Source of the DNA: Desulfobacterales bacterium
GTDB taxonomy: Bacteria; Desulfobacterota; Desulfobacteria; Desulfobacterales; JAQWFD01
Length of the DNA stretch: 64,000 nucleotides
NCBI GenBank assembly: GCA_028704555.1
Contig: JAQWFD010000010.1
Span: forward strand, 22,992-86,991
Direction of reading: 5' to 3'
Both the position numbers and the translations under genes were made by a program. The first letter of the stretch is position 1. Each line of letters begins with the position of its first letter. The notes beneath the pieces were generated by a model. That model did no database searches. It was not told the DNA's origin and worked only from the letters and a program-made list of their open reading frames with translations. Below, piece by piece: positions 49,031 to 58,105 of this stretch.

Positions 49031-49786
49031 TTAATCCGGCCAGGGGTTCTGTTTATGGCGTCTCATTTGGTCTCGCTGCTTTTTTCGGGTGATGTCGGTT
49101 TGTTTTTTTGAACGTTTGACCGATAGCTTGTCGGGTTTTTCAACACCAAAAGCAATAAAAAAACTACCGGGCAGATGATCCGAAACCGGTGCCTGAACGG
49201 GTTCTTTCTTTTTTTCTTCGGGTCTGGACCGGGTAAGCGGCGGTCCGGTAAAACAGGCGGAGGGGATTGCCCGGGTCAGAAAAATAAGTTCTGCTGCCTG
49301 CTGAAAACAGATTCCCTGATTCTGGCACATGGCCGTTTGAATCGTCAGCAGTACCGGATCAGGATCGATGCGTTTTCCTATTCTTACTGCCATATCGGCA
49401 TCGGGTGTCAGGATGACATGATCCCTTGAGCCCATGGGGGATATGCCTTTATCAAGGACAAACGGATACGCTTTACGCCGGACACAGGTGTAAAGAAGCT
49501 TTGGAAGGTGGCCTGCGGGGTTGGCAAAGCCCGGATGATTCCGGCATGTCGAGCGAATCCGGTCGCCGGTGATTTCAACCGGTGCGTTTGGCAGACTTAT
49601 CATGATTTCGTTGAGATGTGATTGGCGGACATGTTTCCAGCCCTGTTCCTCAGAGAACACTTTTAGCAGGTCCTTTATCCTGAAATATCCGTTTTCATCG
49701 GGTACAAGGCCAAATTCATAGGGGCTCCGGGCCAGAATGTAATCCAGAAATTTCGCCAGTTGTTTGATTTGTCTTGGTTGTCCCAT
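49031..49786 (-). CDS. divergent Tpt1/KptA (RNA 2'-phosphotransferase)-like protein with a basic C-terminal tail
   Basis: By manual alignment, LAKFLDYILARSPYEFGLVPDENGYFRIKDLL and later blocks align to the KptA family ([16 protein letters not shown]...). The C-terminal ~70 aa are Lys/Arg-rich. Confidence 0.5.
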   Translation of the reverse strand: MGQPRQIKQLAKFLDYILARSPYEFGLVPDENGYFRIKDLLKVFSEEQGWKHVRQSHLNEIMISLPNAPVEITGDRIRSTCRNHPGFANPAGHLPKLLYTCVRRKAYPFVLDKGISPMGSRDHVILTPDADMAVRIGKRIDPDPVLLTIQTAMCQNQGICFQQAAELIFLTRAIPSACFTGPPLTRSRPEEKKKEPVQAPVSDHLPGSFFIAFGVEKPDKLSVKRSKKQTDITRKKQRDQMRRHKQNPWPD

Positions 49787-49951
49787 GGATTCAGCTCGTA
49801 TTGATTTTTATTTGTTGTTGTAAAATGCTTTCCTGTTATAAACTTTGTCATTTGAATGAACTTTTCTTGACCGGGAAAATGCCGTCTGATAGTTTTTTTA
49901 TTTATACTAAATGTGATGGAGTTATTCAATACACGGAAAGGATATTGAAGG

Positions 49952-51241
49952 ATGAAACGCGAAAAATCAGATCAGTTTTTCAAGCGGGCACAGGAGATAA
50001 TACCCGGTGGGGTCAACAGCCCGGTGCGGGCATGTAAATCCGTTGGCGGAACCCCTCTATTTATTGATCGTGCCCAAGGTTGTATGATTTATGATGCAGA
50101 CGGCAATCACTATATTGATTATATCGGATCATGGGGACCGATGATACTGGGCCACCGGCATCCGCGTGTTATCGAATTTATTGAAACGGCTCTCAAACGG
50201 GGAACCAGTTTCGGGGCGCCGATGGATCTTGAAATTCAGCTGGCGCAGATGGTCGTTGACGCATTTCCGTCCGTTGATATGGTTCGAATGGTCAACTCCG
50301 GAACCGAGGCAACCATGAGCGCCATTCGCCTGGCCCGGGGGTTTACGGGGCGGGATACCATTATAAAATTTGACGGCTGTTATCACGGGCATTCCGATAC
50401 CCTTCTGGTCGAAGCCGGCTCCGGAGTGGCCACCCTCGGTATCGCGGGCAGTCCGGGGGTTCCGGAATCATTTATCAACCATACCTTGTCAATCCCGTAT
50501 AACGATATCGAATCTATCCGTTCGGTGATGGCCGAAAGGGGGGACCAGATTGCCTGCGTCATTGTGGAAGCGGTTGCCGGGAATATGGGGATGGTGCCCC
50601 CGGCAGAGGGATTTCTGAAAACCCTCAGGGAAGTGACGGAAAAACACGGCGCCCTTCTGATTATCGATGAGGTGATGACCGGTTTCAGGGTCGCTTACGG
50701 CGGGGCGCAGGTATTATACGGGATCACCCCGGATCTGACCACCATGGGGAAAATTATCGGTGGCGGCCTGCCGGTCGGTGCCTATGGCGGCAGGCGTGAT
50801 ATCATGGAGTATATCGCGCCTCAGGGGCCGGTATATCAGGCCGGAACGCTTTCCGGAAATCCATTGGCCATGGCTGCTGGAATTGCAACCCTGCAGCAGC
50901 TTCAGGTCCCCGGTTTCTATGAAGCCCTGGATAAAAAATCGGAAATGTTGCTAAATGGTTTGAAAAAAGCGGCCCAAAAGGCGGGGATACCGATCAACGC
51001 GAACAGGGTCGGTTCCATGATGGGGGTGTTTTTTACCGATAAGGTCGTGAATAATTTCCTGGATGCCAAAACCAGTGACCTGACCCTTTTTTCGGCATAC
51101 TATAACGGTATGCTGGAAAAAGGGGTGTATCTTGCCCCGTCCCAGTTTGAAGCGCTGTTTGTCTCAGCAGCGCATGAAACAGCGCATATCAATGCGACGA
51201 TAGCGGCTGCAGAAGAAGTGCTGCAGGCGCTGGCCCGGTAG
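49952..51241 (+). CDS. hemL: glutamate-1-semialdehyde 2,1-aminomutase
   Basis: [11 protein letters not shown], and [16 protein letters not shown] with the PLP lysine. 429 aa. Confidence 0.95.
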   Translation: MKREKSDQFFKRAQEIIPGGVNSPVRACKSVGGTPLFIDRAQGCMIYDADGNHYIDYIGSWGPMILGHRHPRVIEFIETALKRGTSFGAPMDLEIQLAQMVVDAFPSVDMVRMVNSGTEATMSAIRLARGFTGRDTIIKFDGCYHGHSDTLLVEAGSGVATLGIAGSPGVPESFINHTLSIPYNDIESIRSVMAERGDQIACVIVEAVAGNMGMVPPAEGFLKTLREVTEKHGALLIIDEVMTGFRVAYGGAQVLYGITPDLTTMGKIIGGGLPVGAYGGRRDIMEYIAPQGPVYQAGTLSGNPLAMAAGIATLQQLQVPGFYEALDKKSEMLLNGLKKAAQKAGIPINANRVGSMMGVFFTDKVVNNFLDAKTSDLTLFSAYYNGMLEKGVYLAPSQFEALFVSAAHETAHINATIAAAEEVLQALAR

Positions 51242-51250
51242 CGGCCGAAT

Positions 51251-51435
51251 GAAAACCTGATAATTTTTTCAGGTTCAAGGCGGGCGAAAATTTTGACCGC
51301 AGAAATACATTTCAGATTCACGGATTTATTATTTGAGCACTTAACGCGGTCTGCAGTTTGTATTTTTGAGGATTAAAATTTTCGCCCAATGCGTTTGAGA
51401 AAACGGGCAGTTTTCGTCCAGAAATGGTTGTTCAT
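51251..51435 (+). repeat. family-2 intergenic repeat, long copy (follows the hemL stop)
   Basis: Inverted repeat GGGCGAAAATTTT ... AAAATTTTCGCCC (51282-51387). Aligns to the reverse complement of 45967-46117 with an extra ~47-nt central insert. Confidence 0.7.
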
Positions 51436-51498
51436 CTGTCAGAATATTTTTTAGGAAATATGCCCGAGTTTTTTATTTTGCCACCGGTTATCAGCTTT

Positions 51499-52056
51499 CT
51501 ACCACCCCGTTTTTTCAATCAGGATGAGTACAAATATCAAAAAAAAACTCACCGACGCCACCACCACCCATGGGCTGAGGTTGAGCAGTTCCGGCAGGGT
51601 GAGCTCCCCGAAGTTTCCCCTGTTCAGCACCGTGTGGTTCAGTTTGGGGTAGACGACGGCAAATAATTCCGCACCGATCAGGATACCGGGAATTCCTCCG
51701 GTCAGGGCGTCCAGAAAACCCTGGCCCACTGCGCCTGCGATCGTGCCAGGACAGTACCCGAGAACCCCGAACCCCACTCCGAATATGAGGCCTCCGATGA
51801 CCGATGAGCCGAATGATCCGGGTTTGGGATGAAGCCTTGCCATCCCGAGGGCCTTGAGAAAATGAACGCCGATCATTCCGGTGATCACCGCGGAGAGCAT
51901 GATTTTGACAACCGTAAAATCGGTTAACCGCAGCTGGTTGATGATCACATCGAGATGGGTGACGCCCCCTTTCTGGAGCAGGAACCCGAATATGATCCCC
52001 AGCAGGAGCGCCAGTATCCGCTGAAGGGGGTTGTTTGCATGCAATGAGGTCAACAT
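51499..52056 (-). CDS. YeeE/YedE-family sulfur-compound transporter half-protein
   Basis: Hydrophobic ~185 aa, LLQKGGVTHLD. The ATG at 52056 is preceded by GAAAGGAA. Paired with the upstream half. Confidence 0.7.
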   Translation of the reverse strand: MLTSLHANNPLQRILALLLGIIFGFLLQKGGVTHLDVIINQLRLTDFTVVKIMLSAVITGMIGVHFLKALGMARLHPKPGSFGSSVIGGLIFGVGFGVLGYCPGTIAGAVGQGFLDALTGGIPGILIGAELFAVVYPKLNHTVLNRGNFGELTLPELLNLSPWVVVASVSFFLIFVLILIEKTGW

Positions 52057-52087
52057 CGGTTGATTCCTTTCAGTCAGCGGCAAAACG

Positions 52088-52582
52088 TCAATGATACAAG
52101 ACAGCGGCCGTGATGATCCCGCCGATGAAAAAACATACCGCGGCCAGCCAGCTGCTGACAGCCAGCTGAAGTGTGCCGCTGATGCCGTGGCCGCTGGTGC
52201 ATCCCCCGGCCCAGCGGGCGCCGAATCCCATGAGAATGCCGCCGGACAGCGCAGCCATAAACCGGATCAGCGCAGAGGTGCCCAACGATGCCGCCCATCG
52301 GGAGGGGACCCATATGATTTCAAACTGTCCGGATAACCCGGCGGAGATGAACGATCCGATGAAAATACCGGCCACCAGCATCCATTGCCAGTCTATTTCA
52401 GGGTGAAATTTTTGGTAATACGGTCGCTGCAGGGTTTTGTCTCCCCGAAACAGGCGTTCAATCATTCCGCTGGTCCGGGCATAGGCGGTGGAACATCCGA
52501 TCGGCTTGTCAGACAACACAAAGGTCAGCCAGCTCAAGATGCCGATGCCGATACCGGATGCATATGGCGACCACTGTTTCAT
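52088..52582 (-). CDS. YeeE/YedE-family sulfur-compound transporter half-protein
   Basis: PIGCSTAY and GGCTSGHG cysteine motifs typical of YeeE/YedE. The ATG at 52582 (MKQWSPY) lies just after the upstream stop. Confidence 0.7.
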   Translation of the reverse strand: MKQWSPYASGIGIGILSWLTFVLSDKPIGCSTAYARTSGMIERLFRGDKTLQRPYYQKFHPEIDWQWMLVAGIFIGSFISAGLSGQFEIIWVPSRWAASLGTSALIRFMAALSGGILMGFGARWAGGCTSGHGISGTLQLAVSSWLAAVCFFIGGIITAAVLYH

Positions 52583-52593
52583 GACCAGCCAGT

Positions 52594-54036
52594 TCACAGG
52601 CTTTCTCCTTTCCCCAAAACCTGACCCATAAAATGGGGCCCGTGAGGGTTGAAACAGACGGGGCATGCGGGGGAATAGCCGGATGCGCTGTATCCTGTCA
52701 TGCCACCGGCGACATTGAGTACATTGTCAAAATGATGCTGTTTCAGAATGCTGGCTCCCAGACTGGACCGGTGCCCGGTGCCGCAGAGCAGCACTGTCTG
52801 GCGTTCTGGGTCGAGCTCACGAAACCGGTGCCGCAGATCCGGGGCCGGAATGTTGATGGCATTTTCGATATGAAAGGAATCGTACTCTGAAGCGGACCGA
52901 ACATCGATCAGTACCATGTCATGCCGGTTTGAAAAGGCATGGTAAAGTTCTTCGGCCGACAGCTGGGGTACGTGGCGGCATGGCAGACCGGCTTTTGCCC
53001 AGGTAAACATGCCGCCGTCCAGAAAGCCGGAAATATTGTCCATGCCTACCCGCTGCAGCCAGACAGCGGCCTCCTGCGCTTGACCGGCGCTGTCGCTTAC
53101 CAGGAGTACAGCGGCACCGTGCGGCAGTGTCCATCCGGCAAAAGTGGCAAAATTTCCACCCATGTCGATGTGATAGGATTCGGGAACGTGCTGACCGCCA
53201 AAGGCATCATAGCTGCGGACATCGAGCACCACGGTATTGTCCAGAGTGGTTTTCTGACTGAAGGCTTCAGGCGTCAGAGGGACAGGTGCGGGAAATGTCC
53301 GGACCAGCGAAGGGCCCCGTCGGTTTATATCGCTGCATCGGCTGAAATGATCCGGAGCCGGCGGCATGTTTGTGGTCAGTGACCGGACGAATTCATGGCG
53401 GTTTGAAATTTGAAGGGCGGCGTTATAGCGTTTTTCATATCCAATGGTGCTGCTGCGTTTGGCGCCCATGGCCCGGCCACATAAAGAGCCGGCGCCGTGT
53501 GCCGGATATACCTCACAGAAGTCCGGCAGTTTCAGCAGGGTGTCATGAAGGCTGTAATAAAGCCGGGACGCAAGTTCTTCGGCCATGGCCGGAAACAGGT
53601 CCGGGCGGCCGGCATCGCCGACAAACAGCGTGTCCCCGCAAAAGACGGCGACCGGCTCTTTTCCACGGGCCGTGTCGGTGACCACATAGCTGACATGCTC
53701 AGGGGTATGTCCGGGGGTTTCCATTACCTTGATCCGGATATCGTCGATGGTGATGGTGCTGCCGTCAGATACCGGGATATGGGGAAATTTGCACTTTCCG
53801 GACGTGGGAACATGGATGTCGGCGCCTGTTTTTTCAGCCAGATCCATATGCCCGGATATGAAATCGGCATGCAGATGGGTTTCGAGAATGTGGGTAATGG
53901 TCATGCCGAGTTCTTTTGCGGCATCCAGATACATTTGAATATGCCGATCCGGGTCGATAATGGCACAGGAACGGCTTCCGCCCAGAAGGTAGGAGCTGTG
54001 AGAAATGCCTTTGATAAAAAATGATTGAACAATCAT
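52594..54036 (-). CDS. MBL-fold hydrolase fused to rhodanese domains (persulfide dioxygenase/sulfurtransferase-like)
   Basis: ETHLHADFISGH metal motif, then two rhodanese-like domains; the second has the active-site loop CGTGHRS. The ATG at 54036 follows GGGAGG. Confidence 0.75.
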   Translation of the reverse strand: MIVQSFFIKGISHSSYLLGGSRSCAIIDPDRHIQMYLDAAKELGMTITHILETHLHADFISGHMDLAEKTGADIHVPTSGKCKFPHIPVSDGSTITIDDIRIKVMETPGHTPEHVSYVVTDTARGKEPVAVFCGDTLFVGDAGRPDLFPAMAEELASRLYYSLHDTLLKLPDFCEVYPAHGAGSLCGRAMGAKRSSTIGYEKRYNAALQISNRHEFVRSLTTNMPPAPDHFSRCSDINRRGPSLVRTFPAPVPLTPEAFSQKTTLDNTVVLDVRSYDAFGGQHVPESYHIDMGGNFATFAGWTLPHGAAVLLVSDSAGQAQEAAVWLQRVGMDNISGFLDGGMFTWAKAGLPCRHVPQLSAEELYHAFSNRHDMVLIDVRSASEYDSFHIENAINIPAPDLRHRFRELDPERQTVLLCGTGHRSSLGASILKQHHFDNVLNVAGGMTGYSASGYSPACPVCFNPHGPHFMGQVLGKGESL

Positions 54037-54601
54037 CGATGGCCTCCCTGGTTTTGTATGAAAAAACATAAAATATGGATTTGCAGATGGAAACTAATTA
54101 AGACTGAAACGATGGGGCTGCGGCCCATTAAGATGCGTTAAACAACACCTGCTGGCAACTGATGGGAAAACGTAATACGAAAAAAATGTTGAAAGTTTTA
54201 AACTCCCGCCTTCAGCCGTTTCTATCTGTAACCGGGTTTAACATCGCGAATTTTGAACGTGAAGTATCTCAGATTGCCGTTTCGGATGTGATCCGCTGTT
54301 TTGTGAATGGCAGGAGGTATGAAGGCCGAGGCCCAGACATACATGATATTCTGATATTTTCAGAATATATGAAACTTCAGACAGGTTGCAAGTGCTTTTA
54401 AAAACAGATCGTTTGCCATCTGTCCGATAGGCGGTCCCTTGCACCCGCTTCGGCATTATATTCCTGTGCTCCCTGTACAACCAACCTCATTATAGCATGT
54501 AGTGCACGGTGGTAACAGGCTGAGTCTGGCTGAGGATTATCGGCAAAAGTGCTCAGCGGAACAGTGCACTCGAATTCTGAAGGCTTTTCGTGCGAAAGCG
54601 C

Positions 54602-54630
54602 TTGACAGCCTTTCGTTGTATAGCGATAGT
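54602..54630 (+). promoter_or_regulatory. possible sigma70 promoter for the PACE transporter gene
   Basis: TTGACA (54602-54607), a 17-nt spacer, then GATAGT. It would give a ~150-nt leader. Confidence 0.3.
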
Positions 54631-54787
54631 AGTCTCGCTGTTTAAGAAAATAAAGGAAAGGGGTTTCCCCCCAACAAATTTTGCAAAGCAATGCATGGCA
54701 GGCAGAGAAGACAACGGAGACTGAAAAAGCCCTGAATTCTCCTTCGCCATAATTTTCTCAATTTTAATTGTCGAGTGCCATGAATCC

Positions 54788-55222
54788 ATGAGAACATCCG
54801 CTGATAGAATTAGACATACGGTATTGTTTGAAACAATCGGACTCGTTATATGTGTGCCTTTCTCCTCATGGGTTTTGGGCAAAGGGCTTGCACGCATAGG
54901 AGCGTTGAGCATAGTCCTCTCGCTAACCGCCATGTGTCTGAACTATATTTATAATTTGGTTTTTGATATCGTTTTAGTACGGCTGGGCAGACCCGTTAAT
55001 GTGCGTCCGGCATGGATGAGGGTGTTTCATACGATATTGTTTGAAGTCAGTCTGATTATTTTGCTGATTCCGATCATGGCCTGGTGGCTTGATTTGACCT
55101 TGTGGACAGCTTTTCTAACAGACGTGGGGATTTCTCTGTTTTTTCTCGTTTATACTTTTGTCTATAATTGGGTATATGATATCGTTTTTCCAATGCCTGT
55201 TGAAATTGAGATTGAAGTTTGA
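54788..55222 (+). CDS. PACE-family (AceI-like, bacterial transmembrane pair domain) efflux transporter
   Basis: Two tandem BTP repeats, each opening with the family motif R-x-x-H-x-x-x-F-E (RIRHTVLFE and RVFHTILFE). 144 aa, 4 TM. Confidence 0.8.
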   Translation: MRTSADRIRHTVLFETIGLVICVPFSSWVLGKGLARIGALSIVLSLTAMCLNYIYNLVFDIVLVRLGRPVNVRPAWMRVFHTILFEVSLIILLIPIMAWWLDLTLWTAFLTDVGISLFFLVYTFVYNWVYDIVFPMPVEIEIEV

Positions 55223-55343
55223 TGACCTTGTAAAAAGTGTACACGTCCGTCATGTTCGCGAAGGTGGGAATCCAGAACATCTTGAAATAACAGATTCACG
55301 ACCCAGGCTGTGGGCTAATTGATCGGCCCCATCCCTCCTTTTT

Positions 55344-56168
55344 CTACATCTTCCGGATACATTCGACAATTTCGGGCAGTGCCCGGGCACTGGGGGCTTT
55401 GATACAGCCACCACGGTGACTTTTTTCTGCTATTTGCGCAAATGGATTATCTTCGATGTTAATATCGATAATGGTTCCGCCGTGGGCATAGACTTCCTGA
55501 ATCACCCGGGTGGGCAAATTCGTTGCGCCCGAGGTTCCCACCGTCAACAGCAAATCCGTATTCCGGGCTGTCTGCAATGCGCTGTAGAACCGATAATAGT
55601 CTTCGTCATAGGTTTCATCGAACCACAGCACATGGGGCCGGGTCAGGGCACCGCAGTCCGGGCATTTCAAAAGCTGCCGGTCGGTATCGGTCAGGGATTC
55701 ATTCCTGGCTTTCGGGTTGATTTCCGGGGGCAGGCGGTATACCGATGCGGAGCATTGCCGGGTGCATCGCATGAAAAAAACATTTCCGTGGACCTGAAAT
55801 GTTTTTTCCGGGCTGTTTCCGGCTCTCAGGTGCAGGTTGTCCACATTTTGAGTGATCAGGGTGAAGCGGTCGCCAAAGATCTTTTCCATTTCAACCAGCG
55901 CCATATGGCCGGGGTTGGGATTTGCCTGAGCGCATATCCCCATTCGGTAGAGGTACCATGTCCAGACCTCGTCCGGCTTTTTTGTGAACATATGATATGT
56001 GGCCATCTTCTGGGGGTGGTATTCCTTCGATCCGATCGTCCAGAATCCTTCCGGACCGCGAAATGTCGGGATGCCGCTTTCCGCGGAAATGCCGGCACCC
56101 GTCAATACCGTGATGCCGGTTGCATTTTTTGCAAGATCTGTTAACACATTTTTGATATGCTGGATCAT
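55344..56168 (-). CDS. cobB: NAD-dependent protein deacylase (Sir2 family)
   Basis: GAGISAESGIPTFRG, QNVDNLH, and Zn Cys pairs CTRQC...CPDCG. The ATG at 56168 follows AGGAG. The ORF-track start at 56315 reads through the MITE. Confidence 0.85.
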   Translation of the reverse strand: MIQHIKNVLTDLAKNATGITVLTGAGISAESGIPTFRGPEGFWTIGSKEYHPQKMATYHMFTKKPDEVWTWYLYRMGICAQANPNPGHMALVEMEKIFGDRFTLITQNVDNLHLRAGNSPEKTFQVHGNVFFMRCTRQCSASVYRLPPEINPKARNESLTDTDRQLLKCPDCGALTRPHVLWFDETYDEDYYRFYSALQTARNTDLLLTVGTSGATNLPTRVIQEVYAHGGTIIDINIEDNPFAQIAEKSHRGGCIKAPSARALPEIVECIRKM

Positions 56169-56198
56169 AAGATTGCTCCTTGATGGCAAGAGACGCTC

Positions 56199-56452
56199 GG
56201 GCTTGATCATAATTTCGGCCACAATGTCACGGGGCCCGTCCCGCCCATTGCCGCCTTCTCCAGCGCGATCCGGGGGATGCCGGGGCCATGAAGCTAAAGC
56301 GCAAAAACCCGGCAAGCCTCAAACAGTTTGCGCTTTTTAACGCTTCATGGCCCCGACAGCTTTTCCCCGGATCGCGCCATGTCGTACGCCGGCAACGGGC
56401 GGGACTCCGAGGCTACGCACAGCAAAATATGGCCGCAGTTATGATCAAGCCC
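56199..56452. mobile_element. palindromic MITE, long class, copy E (same orientation as B)
   Basis: Family termini. Perfect 8-bp flanking duplication AGACGCTC (56191-56198 and 56453-56460). Confidence 0.9.
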
Positions 56453-56529
56453 AGACGCTCTTATCGGACGGCCTTGACCGGTCCGTATGGTTTGATTGCA
56501 TTAACCCGTTTTTAGATAAGGAAATACCT

Positions 56530-57957
56530 GTGATAGATTTAACCCGAAATAGTATTCCTGATCAAGTCCGAAAAATTCATTTGATTGCCGTTTGCGGAAC
56601 CGGCATGGGGGCGCTGGCGGCCATGCTCAAGGATAAGGGATACGAGATTACCGGATCGGATCAGAACGTCTATCCGCCGATGAGTACATTTCTTTTACAG
56701 CGGGGAATTCAGGCCGCATCCGGATTCAGTGAGGATAATCTGGCCGATGAAATTGATCTGGTGGTTATCGGCAATGCCGTCAGAAGGGATAATCCGGAAG
56801 TGGTGAAGGTGATGCGGGAAGGTATTTTCTTCTGTTCCATGCCTCAGGCGGTGAACCACTTCATTGCCGGGGGGAAACAACCGATTCTGGTAACCGGTAC
56901 CCACGGTAAAACCACCACCTCATCGATCCTGTCCTGGATTCTGGATAAAGCCGGATTGGCGCCGTCGTTTTTGATCGGGGGAATACTCAAAAATTTTAAC
57001 AGCAGCTATCAGCTGGGCAGCGGACAGTACATCGTTCTCGAAGGGGATGAGTACGATACGGCCTTTTTTGACAAGGGATCAAAATTTTTGCATTATGACC
57101 CTGCTATTACCATACTGACGAGTGTGGAATTCGATCATGCCGATATATTCGCCGATATCGATCACGTAAAAGAAACGTTTAAAAAACTATTGTCCGGCCT
57201 GGCAGCCGAGAGCCTGCTGCTGGCGTTTGATTCCGATCCTCATATCCGAGAGCTTCTTCCCGCTGCCGGCTGTCGGATTCAAACGTATGGCAAGCGTCCG
57301 GATTCGGTCTGGTGCCTGGGCCAGGTGGATATGAACCCGCCGTGGACGTTTTTTCAGGTCCGCAGGCAGGGGAAACATTTCGCCTCATTCAAGACCCGGA
57401 TGGTGGGGGAGCACAACCTGCTCAATGCCGTATCTGCCGTAGCCGCTTCCGATCAACTGGGAATATCCGTGCCGCGCATGGCCGAGGCTCTGGAAACCTT
57501 TCAGGGGGCTAAGCGGCGTCAGGAAGTCAGGGGCTGTAAACGAGGCATTACGGTCATCGATGATTTTGCCCATCATCCGACAGCTGTCAGGGAAACGGTC
57601 AAGGCGGTAAAACTGTCCCATGATCAGGGGCGGCTGATCGCCGTATTCGAGCCCAGGACCAATTCGAGCATGCGGTCTGTGTTTCAGGATGCCTACCCGC
57701 AGTCATTTGATCATGCCGATGTCATATGTATCAGAAAGCCCCCCCTGCTGCACAAGATCCCCGAAAACGACCGGTTTTCCTCTGAAAAACTGGTAGAGGA
57801 CTTGAATGCGCGGGGCAAGGCCGCACATTATTTTCCGGATACCGAATCGATCATTGAGTTTCTTGTTCAGGAAGCCCGGCCGGGTGATTTTGTACTGATC
57901 ATGTCAAACGGCGGTTTTGACAATATTCACGAGCGGCTGCTGATAGCGTTGGGGTGA
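56530..57957 (+). CDS. mpl: UDP-N-acetylmuramate:L-alanyl-gamma-D-glutamyl-meso-diaminopimelate ligase
   Basis: IHLIAVCGTGMGALAAMLKDKGYEITGSD and P-loop GTHGKTTTSS. The GTG at 56530 follows AAGGA. The ORF-track start at 56347 is inside the MITE. Confidence 0.8.
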   Translation: MIDLTRNSIPDQVRKIHLIAVCGTGMGALAAMLKDKGYEITGSDQNVYPPMSTFLLQRGIQAASGFSEDNLADEIDLVVIGNAVRRDNPEVVKVMREGIFFCSMPQAVNHFIAGGKQPILVTGTHGKTTTSSILSWILDKAGLAPSFLIGGILKNFNSSYQLGSGQYIVLEGDEYDTAFFDKGSKFLHYDPAITILTSVEFDHADIFADIDHVKETFKKLLSGLAAESLLLAFDSDPHIRELLPAAGCRIQTYGKRPDSVWCLGQVDMNPPWTFFQVRRQGKHFASFKTRMVGEHNLLNAVSAVAASDQLGISVPRMAEALETFQGAKRRQEVRGCKRGITVIDDFAHHPTAVRETVKAVKLSHDQGRLIAVFEPRTNSSMRSVFQDAYPQSFDHADVICIRKPPLLHKIPENDRFSSEKLVEDLNARGKAAHYFPDTESIIEFLVQEARPGDFVLIMSNGGFDNIHERLLIALG

Positions 57958-57960
57958 ACA

Positions 57961-58030
57961 GTCGTGAGTCGTGAGTCGAGAGTCACAGGGGTCAAGGGCC
58001 AAGAGTCGTGAGTCGTGAGTCGTGAGTCGG
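57961..58030 (+). repeat. heptamer tandem array (GTCGTGA / GAGTCGT, about 10 units)
   Basis: gtcgtga gtcgtga gtcgaga gtcacag gggtcaa gggccaa gagtcgt gagtcgt gagtcgt gagtcgg, starting 4 nt after the mpl stop. Confidence 0.85.
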
Positions 58031-58105
58031 GGGCTGATGGTAAAGACCAGACATCAGTTTGGCCGTGTGTAGGGGCATTAGCTACTATGTACGGAACAGT
58101 GCCCC

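Noticed and set aside
54590-54660. GTGCGA at 54590 looked like a possible group II intron 5' end.
   Set aside because: There is no domain V-like hairpin, no reverse-transcriptase ORF and no intron-sized insert downstream; a normal gene starts at 54788.
54691-54735. A 14-codon Arg/Lys-rich mini-ORF in the PACE leader as a regulatory leader peptide.
   Set aside because: There is no RBS and no evidence beyond its existence. It is mentioned in the gap finding but not called as a feature.
55240-55275. TTCGCGAAGGTGGGAATCCAGAAC resembles a widespread REP-type motif seen in other bacteria.
   Set aside because: There is only one copy in the window and I cannot verify the resemblance without a search.
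56169-56315. ORF-track N-terminal extensions of cobB (to 56315), mpl (from 56347), ecfA (from 62091), icd (from 24497), dnaA (from 38221), rpsR (to 48028) and the HDOD gene (from 59152).
   Set aside because: The extensions run through MITE or leader sequence, have no homology to the respective families, and internal starts with good RBSs match family length.
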